DNA of 64,000 nucleotides from a virus. Positions within the stretch are counted from its first letter, which is position 1; each line of letters opens with the position of its first letter. Made by a program: the position numbers and the translations under genes. Location: the IMG/VR virus record IMGVR_UViG_3300026097_000017, positions 16,074-80,073 of that record; one strand, 5' to 3'. Shown here in pieces: positions 8,582-18,120 of the stretch. The notes under the pieces are model-generated. The model was not told the origin of the DNA and made no database searches. It saw nothing but the letters and a program-made list of their open reading frames with translations.

Positions 8582-9381
8582 ACTTTAGTCAACTCCCTGT
8601 TAATCAGAGCTTTATTCTCTTTTTCAATACAATATGCTCTTACTCTTAAAAGCATAAAACAATACAATGCCTGATTATTCATTTCACCATATTCTTCTTT
8701 CAATGATTTAGAAATTTTATCACAAACAATTTTATGATTGACAGTATTAGTTTTCTTTCTTAAGAACCAGTGTCCGTCTAAATCTTGTCTTAGCTTTGCT
8801 GCATCAAAAACCCAACTGTTAAATTCTGTTGGGTTAGGATCTATTAGATAAAACTTACCTTTCTTGTAAATGATATTTTCTAGCGTAAAATCACCATGGA
8901 TCGGTCCATATGGTAACACTTTGGGTAATCGCTCAATTAAATCAGCAGCCAACAATGGAGTCGGATCATCTTCATCAAACGCATTGAATAATCTGCGAAT
9001 CTTTTCTTCATACAGTTCACTGAAATCAAATGTCTCAGTTGCGTTTTCTTTAAAAGTATCTAACGACTTTTTCAAAAAAGCAATCAGCTTATCTAATTCT
9101 TCTATAGAAGCATACTCTATATAAGTGTACATGTCAATACCATCAATATGTTCCATGGTATAACAATCGTTAGAAACTTCATATATTTCAGGAGTATTAA
9201 ATCCTAGATGACGTAAATGATTTTGAAGTGCCGCAGCATCTTTTAATTTGTTGCTTCCGCATTTTTCAACAGCATATCTGCCGTCAGGATATTGTATTAG
9301 TTTCACGACGCACCCCGAGTGTCCAGTAAAATGCTTAAGAGTGTTGTAAAAGTTTGAGGACAGTTTCCGCAGTTTTGGCAT
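8572..9381 (-). CDS. APH/choline-kinase-like phosphotransferase
   Basis: 'GHSG' loop, 'HGDFTLENI', 'LIDP', 'DAAKLRQD'. Confidence 0.8.
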   Translation of the reverse strand: MPKLRKLSSNFYNTLKHFTGHSGCVVKLIQYPDGRYAVEKCGSNKLKDAAALQNHLRHLGFNTPEIYEVSNDCYTMEHIDGIDMYTYIEYASIEELDKLIAFLKKSLDTFKENATETFDFSELYEEKIRRLFNAFDEDDPTPLLAADLIERLPKVLPYGPIHGDFTLENIIYKKGKFYLIDPNPTEFNSWVFDAAKLRQDLDGHWFLRKKTNTVNHKIVCDKISKSLKEEYGEMNNQALYCFMLLRVRAYCIEKENKALINRELTKVWL

Positions 9382-10435
9382 TTACAATCATGTTTCCATT
9401 TTTTGATTTAGGTCTTTCGCTCGATGGTGGTAAACTCTTTTCTGCCGCAATGGTATGCCAAGTAGCATTATTAACATCACCCAAGTTATTCCAACCACAC
9501 TCCTCATTCACTTCAAATGCATGATTGAAGTCAATCACGTTAGGACTATTCGCAAACAACAGATGCGTAAATCCTGCACCAGTCGGACCAACAATATTCT
9601 CTGCTCCTGCGAATAAACTGATTTTTTCACACAATGTAAGACTTGTTAAATTATAACTCTTAAAGTCATATTTTTCAAGCACTTTCATGAGATCATTTTC
9701 ATTTTCTATATGACGAGCATTAGCATCAGCTCTAGAAATGTAAATATTTTTAATACTGTACGCATACTCATCAGAAATCATATTCTGCTTCAGATATCTT
9801 GCTGCCCACTTAGCTGACTTTCCACGATTAGATATTGAAGGATGAGTGAACACGTGTATTTCAGGAGAACGAAATGAACAAGGGATTTCAATTTCAATCA
9901 TTCGCTCAAGTATGTCAGGGAAAAACTCAAGTGCCTCTTTCTGCCATGACTTTAGAGGATTGACTATGATCGGATAACTATTTTCTCTAAGTGCACGGAT
10001 GGTAGGGAGGTCTTCACAAAAGTAATGCCAATAGTGTCCAGTTGTGGTAAACCACTGATTCACAGGCTCATTGAAAATATGCTGCCGATAATCTTCTATT
10101 TTGATATTGAATGATCTAGAATAATTATCCCACATAGCTTGATTCGTTCGAAAGGCATTCGCCTGTTTACCAAATCCGCTGTTGTAAATTTTATCACCTT
10201 GAATTACTGACTGTAACCCACACTCATCAAATCCTGAAGTACCTGATACACCAATAGCATCTTCAAACTTGATGTCGACTAGAGGTGGAGTGGTGTATTC
10301 AAAAACCTGTTCAATACACTCATTATCTTTCCAAATATTTGCTGTGTATTTTCTATGTTCACTTGGTTCAATTACTTTTATTTTGTCTTGATTATGATTG
10401 ACGTAACCTTCGGTGTCACGCTCTCTGACTTCCAT
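9335..10435 (-). CDS. GT61-family glycosyltransferase
   Basis: 'YWHYFCEDLP', 'IYISR...R.I.NE', 'IVGPTGAGFTH'. Confidence 0.75.
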   Translation of the reverse strand: MEVRERDTEGYVNHNQDKIKVIEPSEHRKYTANIWKDNECIEQVFEYTTPPLVDIKFEDAIGVSGTSGFDECGLQSVIQGDKIYNSGFGKQANAFRTNQAMWDNYSRSFNIKIEDYRQHIFNEPVNQWFTTTGHYWHYFCEDLPTIRALRENSYPIIVNPLKSWQKEALEFFPDILERMIEIEIPCSFRSPEIHVFTHPSISNRGKSAKWAARYLKQNMISDEYAYSIKNIYISRADANARHIENENDLMKVLEKYDFKSYNLTSLTLCEKISLFAGAENIVGPTGAGFTHLLFANSPNVIDFNHAFEVNEECGWNNLGDVNNATWHTIAAEKSLPPSSERPKSKNGNMIVNAKTAETVLKLLQHS

Positions 10436-10988
10436 TTTCTAATTCCACTCCAGCTTTACAAATGTAAAACGCATCAATAATATCACCAGACGGATTCCAA
10501 CTATTTTCTGTCTGCCCTAATAACTCTTTTAAATTTAATCCAGTTTCCTGAATAAATGTTTCTTGCATCAAGTTTTTGTCAGCATTACCTTTGCCAGTTG
10601 CTATTTTCTTGACAGCGGTAGGAGCTACGGAATCGTGATCGATACCCTTTTGCCAAAGGCGATCTTTGAGAATAGCTGTATTTTCAGCGATGTGAAATAC
10701 CCTACCCTTTGAGCCCATACTATATCCTTCAATGTATACCTTTTCTGCATTGAACATGTGCAGAACATACATCATAACCCAGTCAGCTATATTACTATAT
10801 CTTTGCTGCTCTGTAAAGTATTCTTGGTGTTGAACACCTAAAATATTTTTATATTTCCCTTCAAACTTTTTCTTATCTGTCAGGAAATAAAATTTACAAT
10901 TGTCAAATGTAATGTTTTCTTTATCTAAACATATACAAATTGCTGGTGATGTTAAAGAATAATCAACACCTGCTACGACTCGCCCCAT
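10416..10988 (-). CDS. RuvC-like Holliday junction resolvase
   Basis: 'GVDYS', 'IEGYS', 'P.AVKK.ATGKGNADK', 'DIIDA' acidic catalytic pattern. Confidence 0.8.
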   Translation of the reverse strand: MGRVVAGVDYSLTSPAICICLDKENITFDNCKFYFLTDKKKFEGKYKNILGVQHQEYFTEQQRYSNIADWVMMYVLHMFNAEKVYIEGYSMGSKGRVFHIAENTAILKDRLWQKGIDHDSVAPTAVKKIATGKGNADKNLMQETFIQETGLNLKELLGQTENSWNPSGDIIDAFYICKAGVELENGSQRA

Positions 10989-11182
10989 TTGTAATCACCA
11001 TCTGTCTCACCATATTCGTCTACTTCTATGTAGTCATCCTCAGTGAGCTCGGCTGAGCAGAAGGGGCATGCCACTAGGGACATGCCTCCTTCGTCAGTAT
11101 CGGTGAACTTTACAAAAAACCCAGTATTACATTCTTCGCAAGTAACGTCAACGACACGAGTATCAGGCTGCATATGCTTCAT
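10973..11182 (-). CDS. small Zn-ribbon protein
   Basis: CEEC...CPFC followed by an acidic tail. Confidence 0.7.
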   Translation of the reverse strand: MKHMQPDTRVVDVTCEECNTGFFVKFTDTDEGGMSLVACPFCSAELTEDDYIEVDEYGETDGDYKWGES

Positions 11183-12404
11183 CCCATGAACCAGTCAATC
11201 CTGCAACTTCATACTCCGTCACTCTATTTTCAAAGAAGTTGGTGTGATCAGCACCACTCAACACCCACTCCAACCATGGTAAAGGATTTTCCTTAACCTT
11301 GAAGTTTGGCTTCAAGCCAAGCTGAAGCAGACGTCTGTCAGTGATGTAACGAATATACTGCTTGACTTCTGCAGCATCAAGTCCCTCAATCGTTCCTATC
11401 TTGTAAGCCAGATCAATGAACTTATCTTCTAAGTCAACTGCCAGTCTTGACATTTCATAGATCTCTTTCTTAAATTCTTCATCTACGATTCTAGGATGCT
11501 CTGAACAGTATGATCTGAACAGCTTTGAGTTTCCTTCAACATGCATAGATTCATCACGGATTGACCACTCAACAACCTTGCCCATGCCTTTCATCTTACC
11601 GAAACGCTGGAAGTTTAACAACATAACGAATGATGCAAACAGAGCAACACCCTCATTCATCACAGACTTAGCAAGAGCTAGTCCCAGTCCGCGAACAGTA
11701 GAAGGATCGGCATCAGTCATAAACTCAACTTTGTCCACCATTTCAGTGTATTCAAGGAATGCGTGATATTCTGACGCTGGTAATCCCAAGGTCTCATTGA
11801 GAAGCGCATATGCCCGCTGATGGATTCCTTCACGTGCAGCAAAAGAGCCAAGCATATTACGCACCTCATTATTTTTAAACTTCGGAATGAACTGATCGTA
11901 ATAGTTTTGCCCAACTGCAACATCTGATTGTGTGAATAATCTCAATATGTTAGTGATGTACTCTTTCTCAACAACACTCATTTTACCTGACTTCCAGTCA
12001 GAAACATCTTCTGACAAATCAACCTCATCTTCAATCCAATGTGCTTTTTCATGCCGAGTAGTAATCTCGACAGCCCACGGATAATGGAATGGTTTGAATG
12101 TAGTAGAGAACTGCGTGAGTCCACCAGACTTCTTCTTTAAGATATCTTCAGCTTTACGCATCAACTGATCATAGCCTCCGATATGCTTACCCTCAATAAA
12201 GATTTGCGGAACTGAGTTCACTGCTCTAAACTCAGGACTTTCACCGATAGTATCTTGAATGCCATTAATTTTCTGATAAAATGCTAGACGCTGTTCTTCA
12301 TCATCCAGCTTAACTTCGGTGTAATTAAATCCATGTTGTGTCAACCAATCTTTAGCTTTAACGCAGAATGGACAGTTAGACTTTGAATATACTTGAATTT
12401 CCAT
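11163..12404 (-). CDS. nrdB: class I ribonucleotide reductase beta subunit with N-terminal glutaredoxin fusion
   Basis: Grx 'CPFC...VPQIF...IGGY'; diiron ligands 'REGIH' and 'RDESMH'; 'HTNFFE'. Confidence 0.93.
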   Translation of the reverse strand: MEIQVYSKSNCPFCVKAKDWLTQHGFNYTEVKLDDEEQRLAFYQKINGIQDTIGESPEFRAVNSVPQIFIEGKHIGGYDQLMRKAEDILKKKSGGLTQFSTTFKPFHYPWAVEITTRHEKAHWIEDEVDLSEDVSDWKSGKMSVVEKEYITNILRLFTQSDVAVGQNYYDQFIPKFKNNEVRNMLGSFAAREGIHQRAYALLNETLGLPASEYHAFLEYTEMVDKVEFMTDADPSTVRGLGLALAKSVMNEGVALFASFVMLLNFQRFGKMKGMGKVVEWSIRDESMHVEGNSKLFRSYCSEHPRIVDEEFKKEIYEMSRLAVDLEDKFIDLAYKIGTIEGLDAAEVKQYIRYITDRRLLQLGLKPNFKVKENPLPWLEWVLSGADHTNFFENRVTEYEVAGLTGSWDEAYAA

Positions 12405-12412
12405 TTATTTCC

Positions 12413-14182
12413 CTACCCTTGACATGCAACGCATTCATCTTGCGACTCATTAGTTTCATTGAACTCTACCAATCTATCACGTTCAATTTTCTGAGCCACG
12501 TTTTCTGCTCTATTTGAAGTCTCAGTTCTTAAATAATACAAACCTTTACAACCATACTTCCAAGCATTATAGTGTGCTGTGTGCACATATGACTTTGGTG
12601 CACCTGCTGGGAAGAATAGATTTAATGATTGCCCTTGGCACAAATACTTCTGCCGAGTACCGCCAAGATAAACAACCCAATCCTGATTAATCTCAATCGC
12701 AGTTTTGAATACTGCCTTTTGTTCATCAGTCAAAAATGCAAGATGCTGCACAGAACCACCATTGGTGATGATTGAACTCCATACATCTTGCGTGCTCTTA
12801 TCTAGCGATTCTAATAATTGCTCTAGATACTTATTCTTGACGAGATGTGAACCTGCTCTTGTTCGGTGCGTGTAAGCATTAGCTTTGATGGGCTCGATAC
12901 TCGCACTAGTTCCACCAATGATAGAGCTGTTAGCATTCGGAGCAATCGCAAGTAAGTGTGCGTTGCGTCGACCAGTACCTACCATGTCTGGTGCTTCACC
13001 ACGTTCCTTACCCATTAACAACGTTTCTTCAATAGCTTCGCTCTGAATATGCTTGAAAATGCTTTCATTAACTTCACGTGCTTCTTCAGATTCAAAGGCG
13101 ACCATGTGCTTCTGCAAATATGAATGGAAGCCCATAGCTCCTAGTCCTAAAGATCTTTCTTGGCTTGCACTATAACGTGCACGTCCGATCTCTTCTCCTG
13201 CGTGATCAATGAAATACTGCAGGACGTTGTCAAGAAAGCGGATAAGATCACGAACAATAGTGGAATCCTTCCACTCATCAAATTTCTCCAAGTTTAATGA
13301 AGATAAACAACATACTGCCGTCCGATCTTCTGATGTTGGTAAATGAATTTCATTACATAAATTACTACCATGAATCTTCAATCCCTTTTTCTTCATGGTT
13401 TCTGGTAATGCATTATTAGCGGTGTCAATAAAATTCAAATATGGCTCACCTGTACGGAAACGTGTTTCTAAGATTTGTTCCCACAACTTTCGAGCTTTCG
13501 CTGTTTCTCTAACTGACTTATCGCTAGGATCAATCAAATCCCAGTCAGCATCATCTTTAACTGCTTGCATAAATGCATCAGTCAAATTAACAGCATGATG
13601 CAGATTCAAACACTTACGATTGACATCCCCTGTTGGGATACGCATGTTCAGATACTCAATAATATCTGGGTGATCAATGTCGATGTATGCGGCATATGAT
13701 CCTTTGCGTGTTTTGCCCTGACGATACGCTGTCATGTCAGCATCAACTGTGTGCAAAAATGGCATTGGTCCAGGAGCTTTATCTGACACTGAACGCACAT
13801 TGTTCCAGTGTCCTCCGACACCACCACCCTTTACTGAAAGCCAACGCAGTTCGCTCGAGTGCTCAATCAACCCCTCTAGTGAATCTGGAACATATGCCAA
13901 AAAGCAAGAGATGGGGAGAGCTTTAACCTTCTGTCCAGGCAAAACAGCATTCGATAAAATGGGTGATGAGAACATGAACCAACCCTTTGAGGCTCCGTCG
14001 TAGATCCTCTGAGCTAACTTCGTGTCACCATAGGAATACGCTACTGCTGCTCTAGCATAAGCCTCCTGAGGAGAGTCTTCCCCATCAATCATGTAATAGT
14101 CTTGTAATAGTTTAAGTGCTTGATCTGTAAGAACTTTGTCTCTCGTTAGATCAATGGTAATACCAAGATGCTCTTTCTGCAT
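12413..14182 (-). CDS. nrdA: class I ribonucleotide reductase alpha subunit (no ATP cone)
   Basis: 'PISCF', 'SNLCNEI', 'AIAPNANSS', 'LYYLR', C-terminal CVAC. Confidence 0.95.
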   Translation of the reverse strand: MQKEHLGITIDLTRDKVLTDQALKLLQDYYMIDGEDSPQEAYARAAVAYSYGDTKLAQRIYDGASKGWFMFSSPILSNAVLPGQKVKALPISCFLAYVPDSLEGLIEHSSELRWLSVKGGGVGGHWNNVRSVSDKAPGPMPFLHTVDADMTAYRQGKTRKGSYAAYIDIDHPDIIEYLNMRIPTGDVNRKCLNLHHAVNLTDAFMQAVKDDADWDLIDPSDKSVRETAKARKLWEQILETRFRTGEPYLNFIDTANNALPETMKKKGLKIHGSNLCNEIHLPTSEDRTAVCCLSSLNLEKFDEWKDSTIVRDLIRFLDNVLQYFIDHAGEEIGRARYSASQERSLGLGAMGFHSYLQKHMVAFESEEAREVNESIFKHIQSEAIEETLLMGKERGEAPDMVGTGRRNAHLLAIAPNANSSIIGGTSASIEPIKANAYTHRTRAGSHLVKNKYLEQLLESLDKSTQDVWSSIITNGGSVQHLAFLTDEQKAVFKTAIEINQDWVVYLGGTRQKYLCQGQSLNLFFPAGAPKSYVHTAHYNAWKYGCKGLYYLRTETSNRAENVAQKIERDRLVEFNETNESQDECVACQG

Positions 14183-14187
14183 TCTTA

Positions 14188-15186
14188 TTAACACCTTTTC
14201 CAGACATTCAAAGCCAGCAATGCTGCCATCCCTGAATGTGTGTTTTTATCAATTAAAGACTGGATATCTGACGTACTGAAACCTGCCATTATCATATCGT
14301 TTATATCTTTAAACGGCATGTAATCTGGCCAAATACAAACTGAGTAGCCTGATTCGATAGTTTTTTCGATACGTTTAATGATTTCAGAGTTTCTTTTCTC
14401 ATTGTCAAATACAAATACAGTCTTTCCCTTGTTTAAGTATGAAAGATTTATGTCGGCTCCTGCCATGGCTATGGCGTTGTACAAGAACATTGAATCGATT
14501 GGACCCTCTACAACATAGACAGTCTTATTGATATTCAATGTATCCAAACCAAATACTTTTGGAGCTTCCTCATCGAGCATTATCGTAATGTATTTTGCAT
14601 CACTTTTTGCTAGAGCCCTTCCTTGAAACCCGATGAGTTTTTGCCGTTCATCAAAAAACGGTATGATTAATCTCGGCTCTTCTCTTTTTATATTTTTAAA
14701 TTTTTCAGGGACGACGCTATTGACCCACTCGAAAAATTTAGGTGCATAAAAAAGTTTCGCATGATACTTGTTAGGTATCTTGCGGTGTAGTATATATTTC
14801 TTTAGTGGATGCTCGTGGCTTAACTGAGAGACTTTCTGTATATTTTTTAAAGCCCCATGAACTTCATACTGCTTCCTTTTCGGAATCAGTTTATCTTCCT
14901 TCCGAGTTCTTCCCTCAGTAAATTTTTCTAGACTGTACTGGCGATAAAGCTCAGGATCAATGCGCTCAAGTAACTTTGAGAAACTCATGCTCTCATAACA
15001 ATTGTGACACTTGAACACCAGTCGATCTTTGAATCGAAATAGGTATCCTCGTGTTTTGCTTTTGTTTTTCTGGGAGTCGCCGCAGATGGGGCAACGGAAG
15101 TTATAGAGATCGTTATCTTTTCTGCTGAACTTCTCTAGTTTAGGCGATAGAAATCCGATGAACTTATGATCAACCCACAACGACAT
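14188..15186 (-). CDS. 61: DNA primase (T4 gp61-like)
   Basis: 'NFRCPICGDS', 'KCHNC', TOPRIM 'EGPIDS', 'DNE', 'KDINDM'. Confidence 0.95.
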   Translation of the reverse strand: MSLWVDHKFIGFLSPKLEKFSRKDNDLYNFRCPICGDSQKNKSKTRGYLFRFKDRLVFKCHNCYESMSFSKLLERIDPELYRQYSLEKFTEGRTRKEDKLIPKRKQYEVHGALKNIQKVSQLSHEHPLKKYILHRKIPNKYHAKLFYAPKFFEWVNSVVPEKFKNIKREEPRLIIPFFDERQKLIGFQGRALAKSDAKYITIMLDEEAPKVFGLDTLNINKTVYVVEGPIDSMFLYNAIAMAGADINLSYLNKGKTVFVFDNEKRNSEIIKRIEKTIESGYSVCIWPDYMPFKDINDMIMAGFSTSDIQSLIDKNTHSGMAALLALNVWKRC

Positions 15187-15213
15187 AATATACTCCAATA
15201 ATTTAAGGGATCA

Positions 15214-15242
15214 AGTATATACTAAACTAATCAAGAAAGCAA
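15214..15242 (-). promoter_or_regulatory. sigma70-type promoter for the primase/RNR operon
   Basis: TTGCTT-N17-TATACT. Confidence 0.75.
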
Positions 15243-15545
15243 GGACTGAACTGCAGGAAGCTGGGCTATGACAAACCCAGCTGCAGTTGCGATACCGATT
15301 ACAAACCACTTCCACTTTTCAAGTTCGTTGAGTCTTTTATCCATCTTTTCGTGATGAGTCTTAGACTCTTCTTTCATCTCTTTGATCTCTTTCATGATCT
15401 CTTTATGAGATGAGGCAACTTCTTCGTAAAGTTCGTCTCTCAAGGAACCAATCCTTTTGTGTAATGTTTCGTACTGTTCTTGCGCTTCCACGCGACGAGA
15501 CTCCAGTAATCGTAGTATGTAATCCTGTTCCATATTTACCATCAC
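15231..15545 (-). CDS. coiled-coil protein with C-terminal TM (holin/XhlA-like candidate)
   Basis: Heptad-rich body and 'LEKWKWFVIGIATAAGFVI'; adjacent to spanins. Confidence 0.55.
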   Translation of the reverse strand: MMVNMEQDYILRLLESRRVEAQEQYETLHKRIGSLRDELYEEVASSHKEIMKEIKEMKEESKTHHEKMDKRLNELEKWKWFVIGIATAAGFVIAQLPAVQSLLS

Positions 15546-15898
15546 TTTTCGCTAGAAGATTTATTCTTACCTTTTTGCGCAATAGCATCCGCTCCAAAAA
15601 ATGCTGATACTAATACAGCAATAGATGCAAAGTATGTTGGAGCAATGTCTGCGATTAATTGAGCAGCAGTATCTAAACCAAAAGCTGAGGTTAGGAATAT
15701 GCCAATAGGATATAGTAAAAGTCCAAATAAAGCAAACCATGCCATCTTACGAATAGCATCACGTTGAGCATCTTGATCTTCTAGTTCTTTGCGCTTAAAT
15801 TCCAAGTGCATATCCATCTCTTCTTTAGAGATGTGCCCATCACCGTTAGTGTCAATACCTTCGACGCATGATGCATCAATTGTTTTAGTGTCAGCCAT
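15542..15898 (-). CDS. membrane protein with an EF-hand-like loop and 2 TMs (holin candidate)
   Basis: 'DTNGDGHISKEE' then two hydrophobic helices. Confidence 0.6.
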   Translation of the reverse strand: MADTKTIDASCVEGIDTNGDGHISKEEMDMHLEFKRKELEDQDAQRDAIRKMAWFALFGLLLYPIGIFLTSAFGLDTAAQLIADIAPTYFASIAVLVSAFFGADAIAQKGKNKSSSEK

Positions 15899-15962
15899 TA
15901 GATTTTCCTTCTTATTATAGATTCAATCAGTTCCTATAACAAAGCATAATCTAACTAACTTC

Positions 15963-15969
15963 TATTTAT
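15963..15969 (-). promoter_or_regulatory. T4-type late promoter
   Basis: ATAAATA upstream of 15898. Confidence 0.55.
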
Positions 15970-16388
15970 TGCAATTTAGTTTCGCTGACAGTAACATCAT
16001 CAGCATTCGGATTTACCGCATCCTCATAGTAAACAATTATCTGTGTTTGTTGATTAATATACCTTCTCAGCTCACCAACGTTTAACGCCAAGTTTTCATA
16101 ATCTCTGATAGATAATGCGACAAAAGCCAAATCACCATTTAGCTCTTGAAATTCTAAAATGAACTCTTCCAAGTTTTCTTTATTGACAACATGGATTCGA
16201 GTATCAACCAGCTGGACTGGCTTCGGTCTCTCCACTATCGGGACTTGCGTCTTCTCGATTTTGGTCACTACCTGTACTTTCGGTTCTGGCGTCGGGCTGA
16301 ACAGGCTGCAACCAGTCAGGAAGAGCAGAGTCGCCATCGCCACCAGTGTCTTGTTCGATATCACGCCACAATTTTGCCGTTGCACCAT
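15966..16388 (-). CDS. o-spanin (Rz1-like lipoprotein)
   Basis: Lipobox LTGC, Pro-rich segment; overlaps the i-spanin 3' end; true start probably GTG 16364 or ATG 16337. Confidence 0.75.
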   Translation of the reverse strand: MVQRQNCGVISNKTLVAMATLLFLTGCSLFSPTPEPKVQVVTKIEKTQVPIVERPKPVQLVDTRIHVVNKENLEEFILEFQELNGDLAFVALSIRDYENLALNVGELRRYINQQTQIIVYYEDAVNPNADDVTVSETKLQ

Positions 16389-16710
16389 TCATCTTACCTT
16401 CTAATAATTCTGGCTTAGTCTTAGCCAATTCAGTTAAATTATGTCTTCTCAATTTATTTCTAAGTTCATCACCGTATGCCTCAGCCTTTTGAAGCTCACC
16501 CTGAAGTTTTCTATTAGATTCAGCAAATCGTTCCATGTCATTCTGAAGCGATTTAATGCTATCTTCACTAATAGCGATAGCAGTTTCTAACTTAGCGTTA
16601 TTTTCTCTGAGTACACCGATACGTTCTTGTGTGTCATTATAATACCAATAAAACGCACCACCCATAGCAAACATCAATACAGCCATTACAGCCGCAAGTT
16701 TCAATCCCAT
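16204..16710 (-). CDS. i-spanin (Rz-like)
   Basis: N-terminal TM followed by a long coiled coil, overlapping a lipoprotein gene. Confidence 0.75.
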   Translation of the reverse strand: MGLKLAAVMAVLMFAMGGAFYWYYNDTQERIGVLRENNAKLETAIAISEDSIKSLQNDMERFAESNRKLQGELQKAEAYGDELRNKLRRHNLTELAKTKPELLEGKMNGATAKLWRDIEQDTGGDGDSALPDWLQPVQPDARTESTGSDQNREDASPDSGETEASPAG

Positions 16711-16811
16711 TACTTTTTAAACCTTTTCACAAAATCAATAATGCCATCAAGTTTCCAGCGAATAACCCATCCTGCGGCAAACCCTACGATAAATCCTAGT
16801 GTCATAAACAT
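16710..16811 (-). CDS. 33-aa single-TM microprotein (not in ORF track)
   Basis: MFMTLGFIVGFAAGWVIRWKLDGIIDFVKRFKK; GAGGAG RBS; TAATG coupling to the i-spanin. Confidence 0.75.
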   Translation of the reverse strand: MFMTLGFIVGFAAGWVIRWKLDGIIDFVKRFKK

Positions 16812-16821
16812 ATTTAACTCC

Positions 16822-17715
16822 TCAAATTTTTAATACTTGATTGGGCGTTTTGAAATCCTTTTTTCTCATCACTGTCTTAGCGACCAAATCAATTTCCTGA
16901 TTATCTGAATCCCAGTTTAAAACGAAAGGAAGATTCACATCAGTTTGCATATCTTTAATTACTGCCTGCGCATCTGGACCAAGCTGTGCAATCTTTTTAC
17001 CATACTTCCGATACGTTTGCTTAAACAAACGAACGAGTTCGGCTGGAGTAATATCTTTAAAGTTGCGAGCGTCATTAACACGGTCAATGAAATGGCGAGT
17101 AAATTCAACATCAATACCAACAGCTCTGAATAATTTGTCAGCATATTGTTCAACCTTCTTTAGATCACCAAGAGTAACCTTTTCCACCAAGTCTGCTTTT
17201 TTCTTTCTTCTTAGAATGCTAGAACCATCAACGGGACTGCGGAATCTTTTACGATTTCCTTTCATACCCACTTGATATTTTGGTGATCTCCAGTGAACAG
17301 GATCATCACCTGTTCCTGCTACTGCAGCACCAGTAGACATAGTCGGTGCATCTTCTTTTACGCTCTCTGATAAAGTCTGCATATCCTGTTGATCTGCAAA
17401 CTTCCAAAAATCTTCTTCAAGTGTTTTTAGAGATGTGTTCTTACCCTCTTTCAGCAAAAACAATGCAGCTGTGTAGCGACCAAGCATCGTTCTACCAAAA
17501 GGAACTTTGGCTAGCATCTTTTTTAGATTGTTAACTAGAAGATCCATGTGAGTGAATGCTTCTTTTTCTTCACGTGTCTTCAGTTCTCTTCTTTTTCTGA
17601 GAACCTTTCCATCAGCATCAATGATTCCAAGCTGATATGCCTCTGTTTCCTCGAACGGAGTAGACAGTTTCTTGAGGAACTGATACGTGTAGAATGTTTC
17701 AAGCGGACTTTTCAT
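16822..17715 (-). CDS. conserved T4-like multidomain protein, probably virion-internal
   Basis: N-terminal 'AYQLGIIDADGKVL'; E-rich linkers; C-terminal 'FTRHFIDRVND...KTVMRK' domain. Confidence 0.7.
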   Translation of the reverse strand: MKSPLETFYTYQFLKKLSTPFEETEAYQLGIIDADGKVLRKRRELKTREEKEAFTHMDLLVNNLKKMLAKVPFGRTMLGRYTAALFLLKEGKNTSLKTLEEDFWKFADQQDMQTLSESVKEDAPTMSTGAAVAGTGDDPVHWRSPKYQVGMKGNRKRFRSPVDGSSILRRKKKADLVEKVTLGDLKKVEQYADKLFRAVGIDVEFTRHFIDRVNDARNFKDITPAELVRLFKQTYRKYGKKIAQLGPDAQAVIKDMQTDVNLPFVLNWDSDNQEIDLVAKTVMRKKDFKTPNQVLKI

Positions 17716-18112
17716 AGCTCTGTTCCAATAACTCTCTTACTGTTTCGTCTTCTTCGATGTCACGCAAATAAATATCATCAGCATTCACGCCAATACCTTC
17801 TATTATGTTGACATCAATCCCCAAGAACACTAAAAATGCTTTCAAATAACCATGATGTAAAGGATCAATTTTCAAAAACAACATTCTAGTTGCAGGATAA
17901 TCACCAAAAAGATTGCGTAAAATTGTCATATGAGTTATAATCAGTCTTGACTGTAACTCACCCTTATTCATAAAACGATTGAAGAGTCTTCTCAAATACT
18001 TGATTCTCTTCAAGTCATCCTGAAACTCCAACACACTTACACAATCAGGATTCTCATAATGTTTGGCAGCATATAGTTCAAAGTTCAAATCATCTAATCT
18101 TTCAAAACTCAT
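17699..18112 (-). CDS. conserved T4-like hypothetical protein
   Basis: 'NFELYAAKHYENP.C....EF.DDLKRIKY' pattern common in T4-like phages. Confidence 0.75.
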   Translation of the reverse strand: MSFERLDDLNFELYAAKHYENPDCVSVLEFQDDLKRIKYLRRLFNRFMNKGELQSRLIITHMTILRNLFGDYPATRMLFLKIDPLHHGYLKAFLVFLGIDVNIIEGIGVNADDIYLRDIEEDETVRELLEQSYEKSA

Positions 18113-18120
18113 TATAATAG

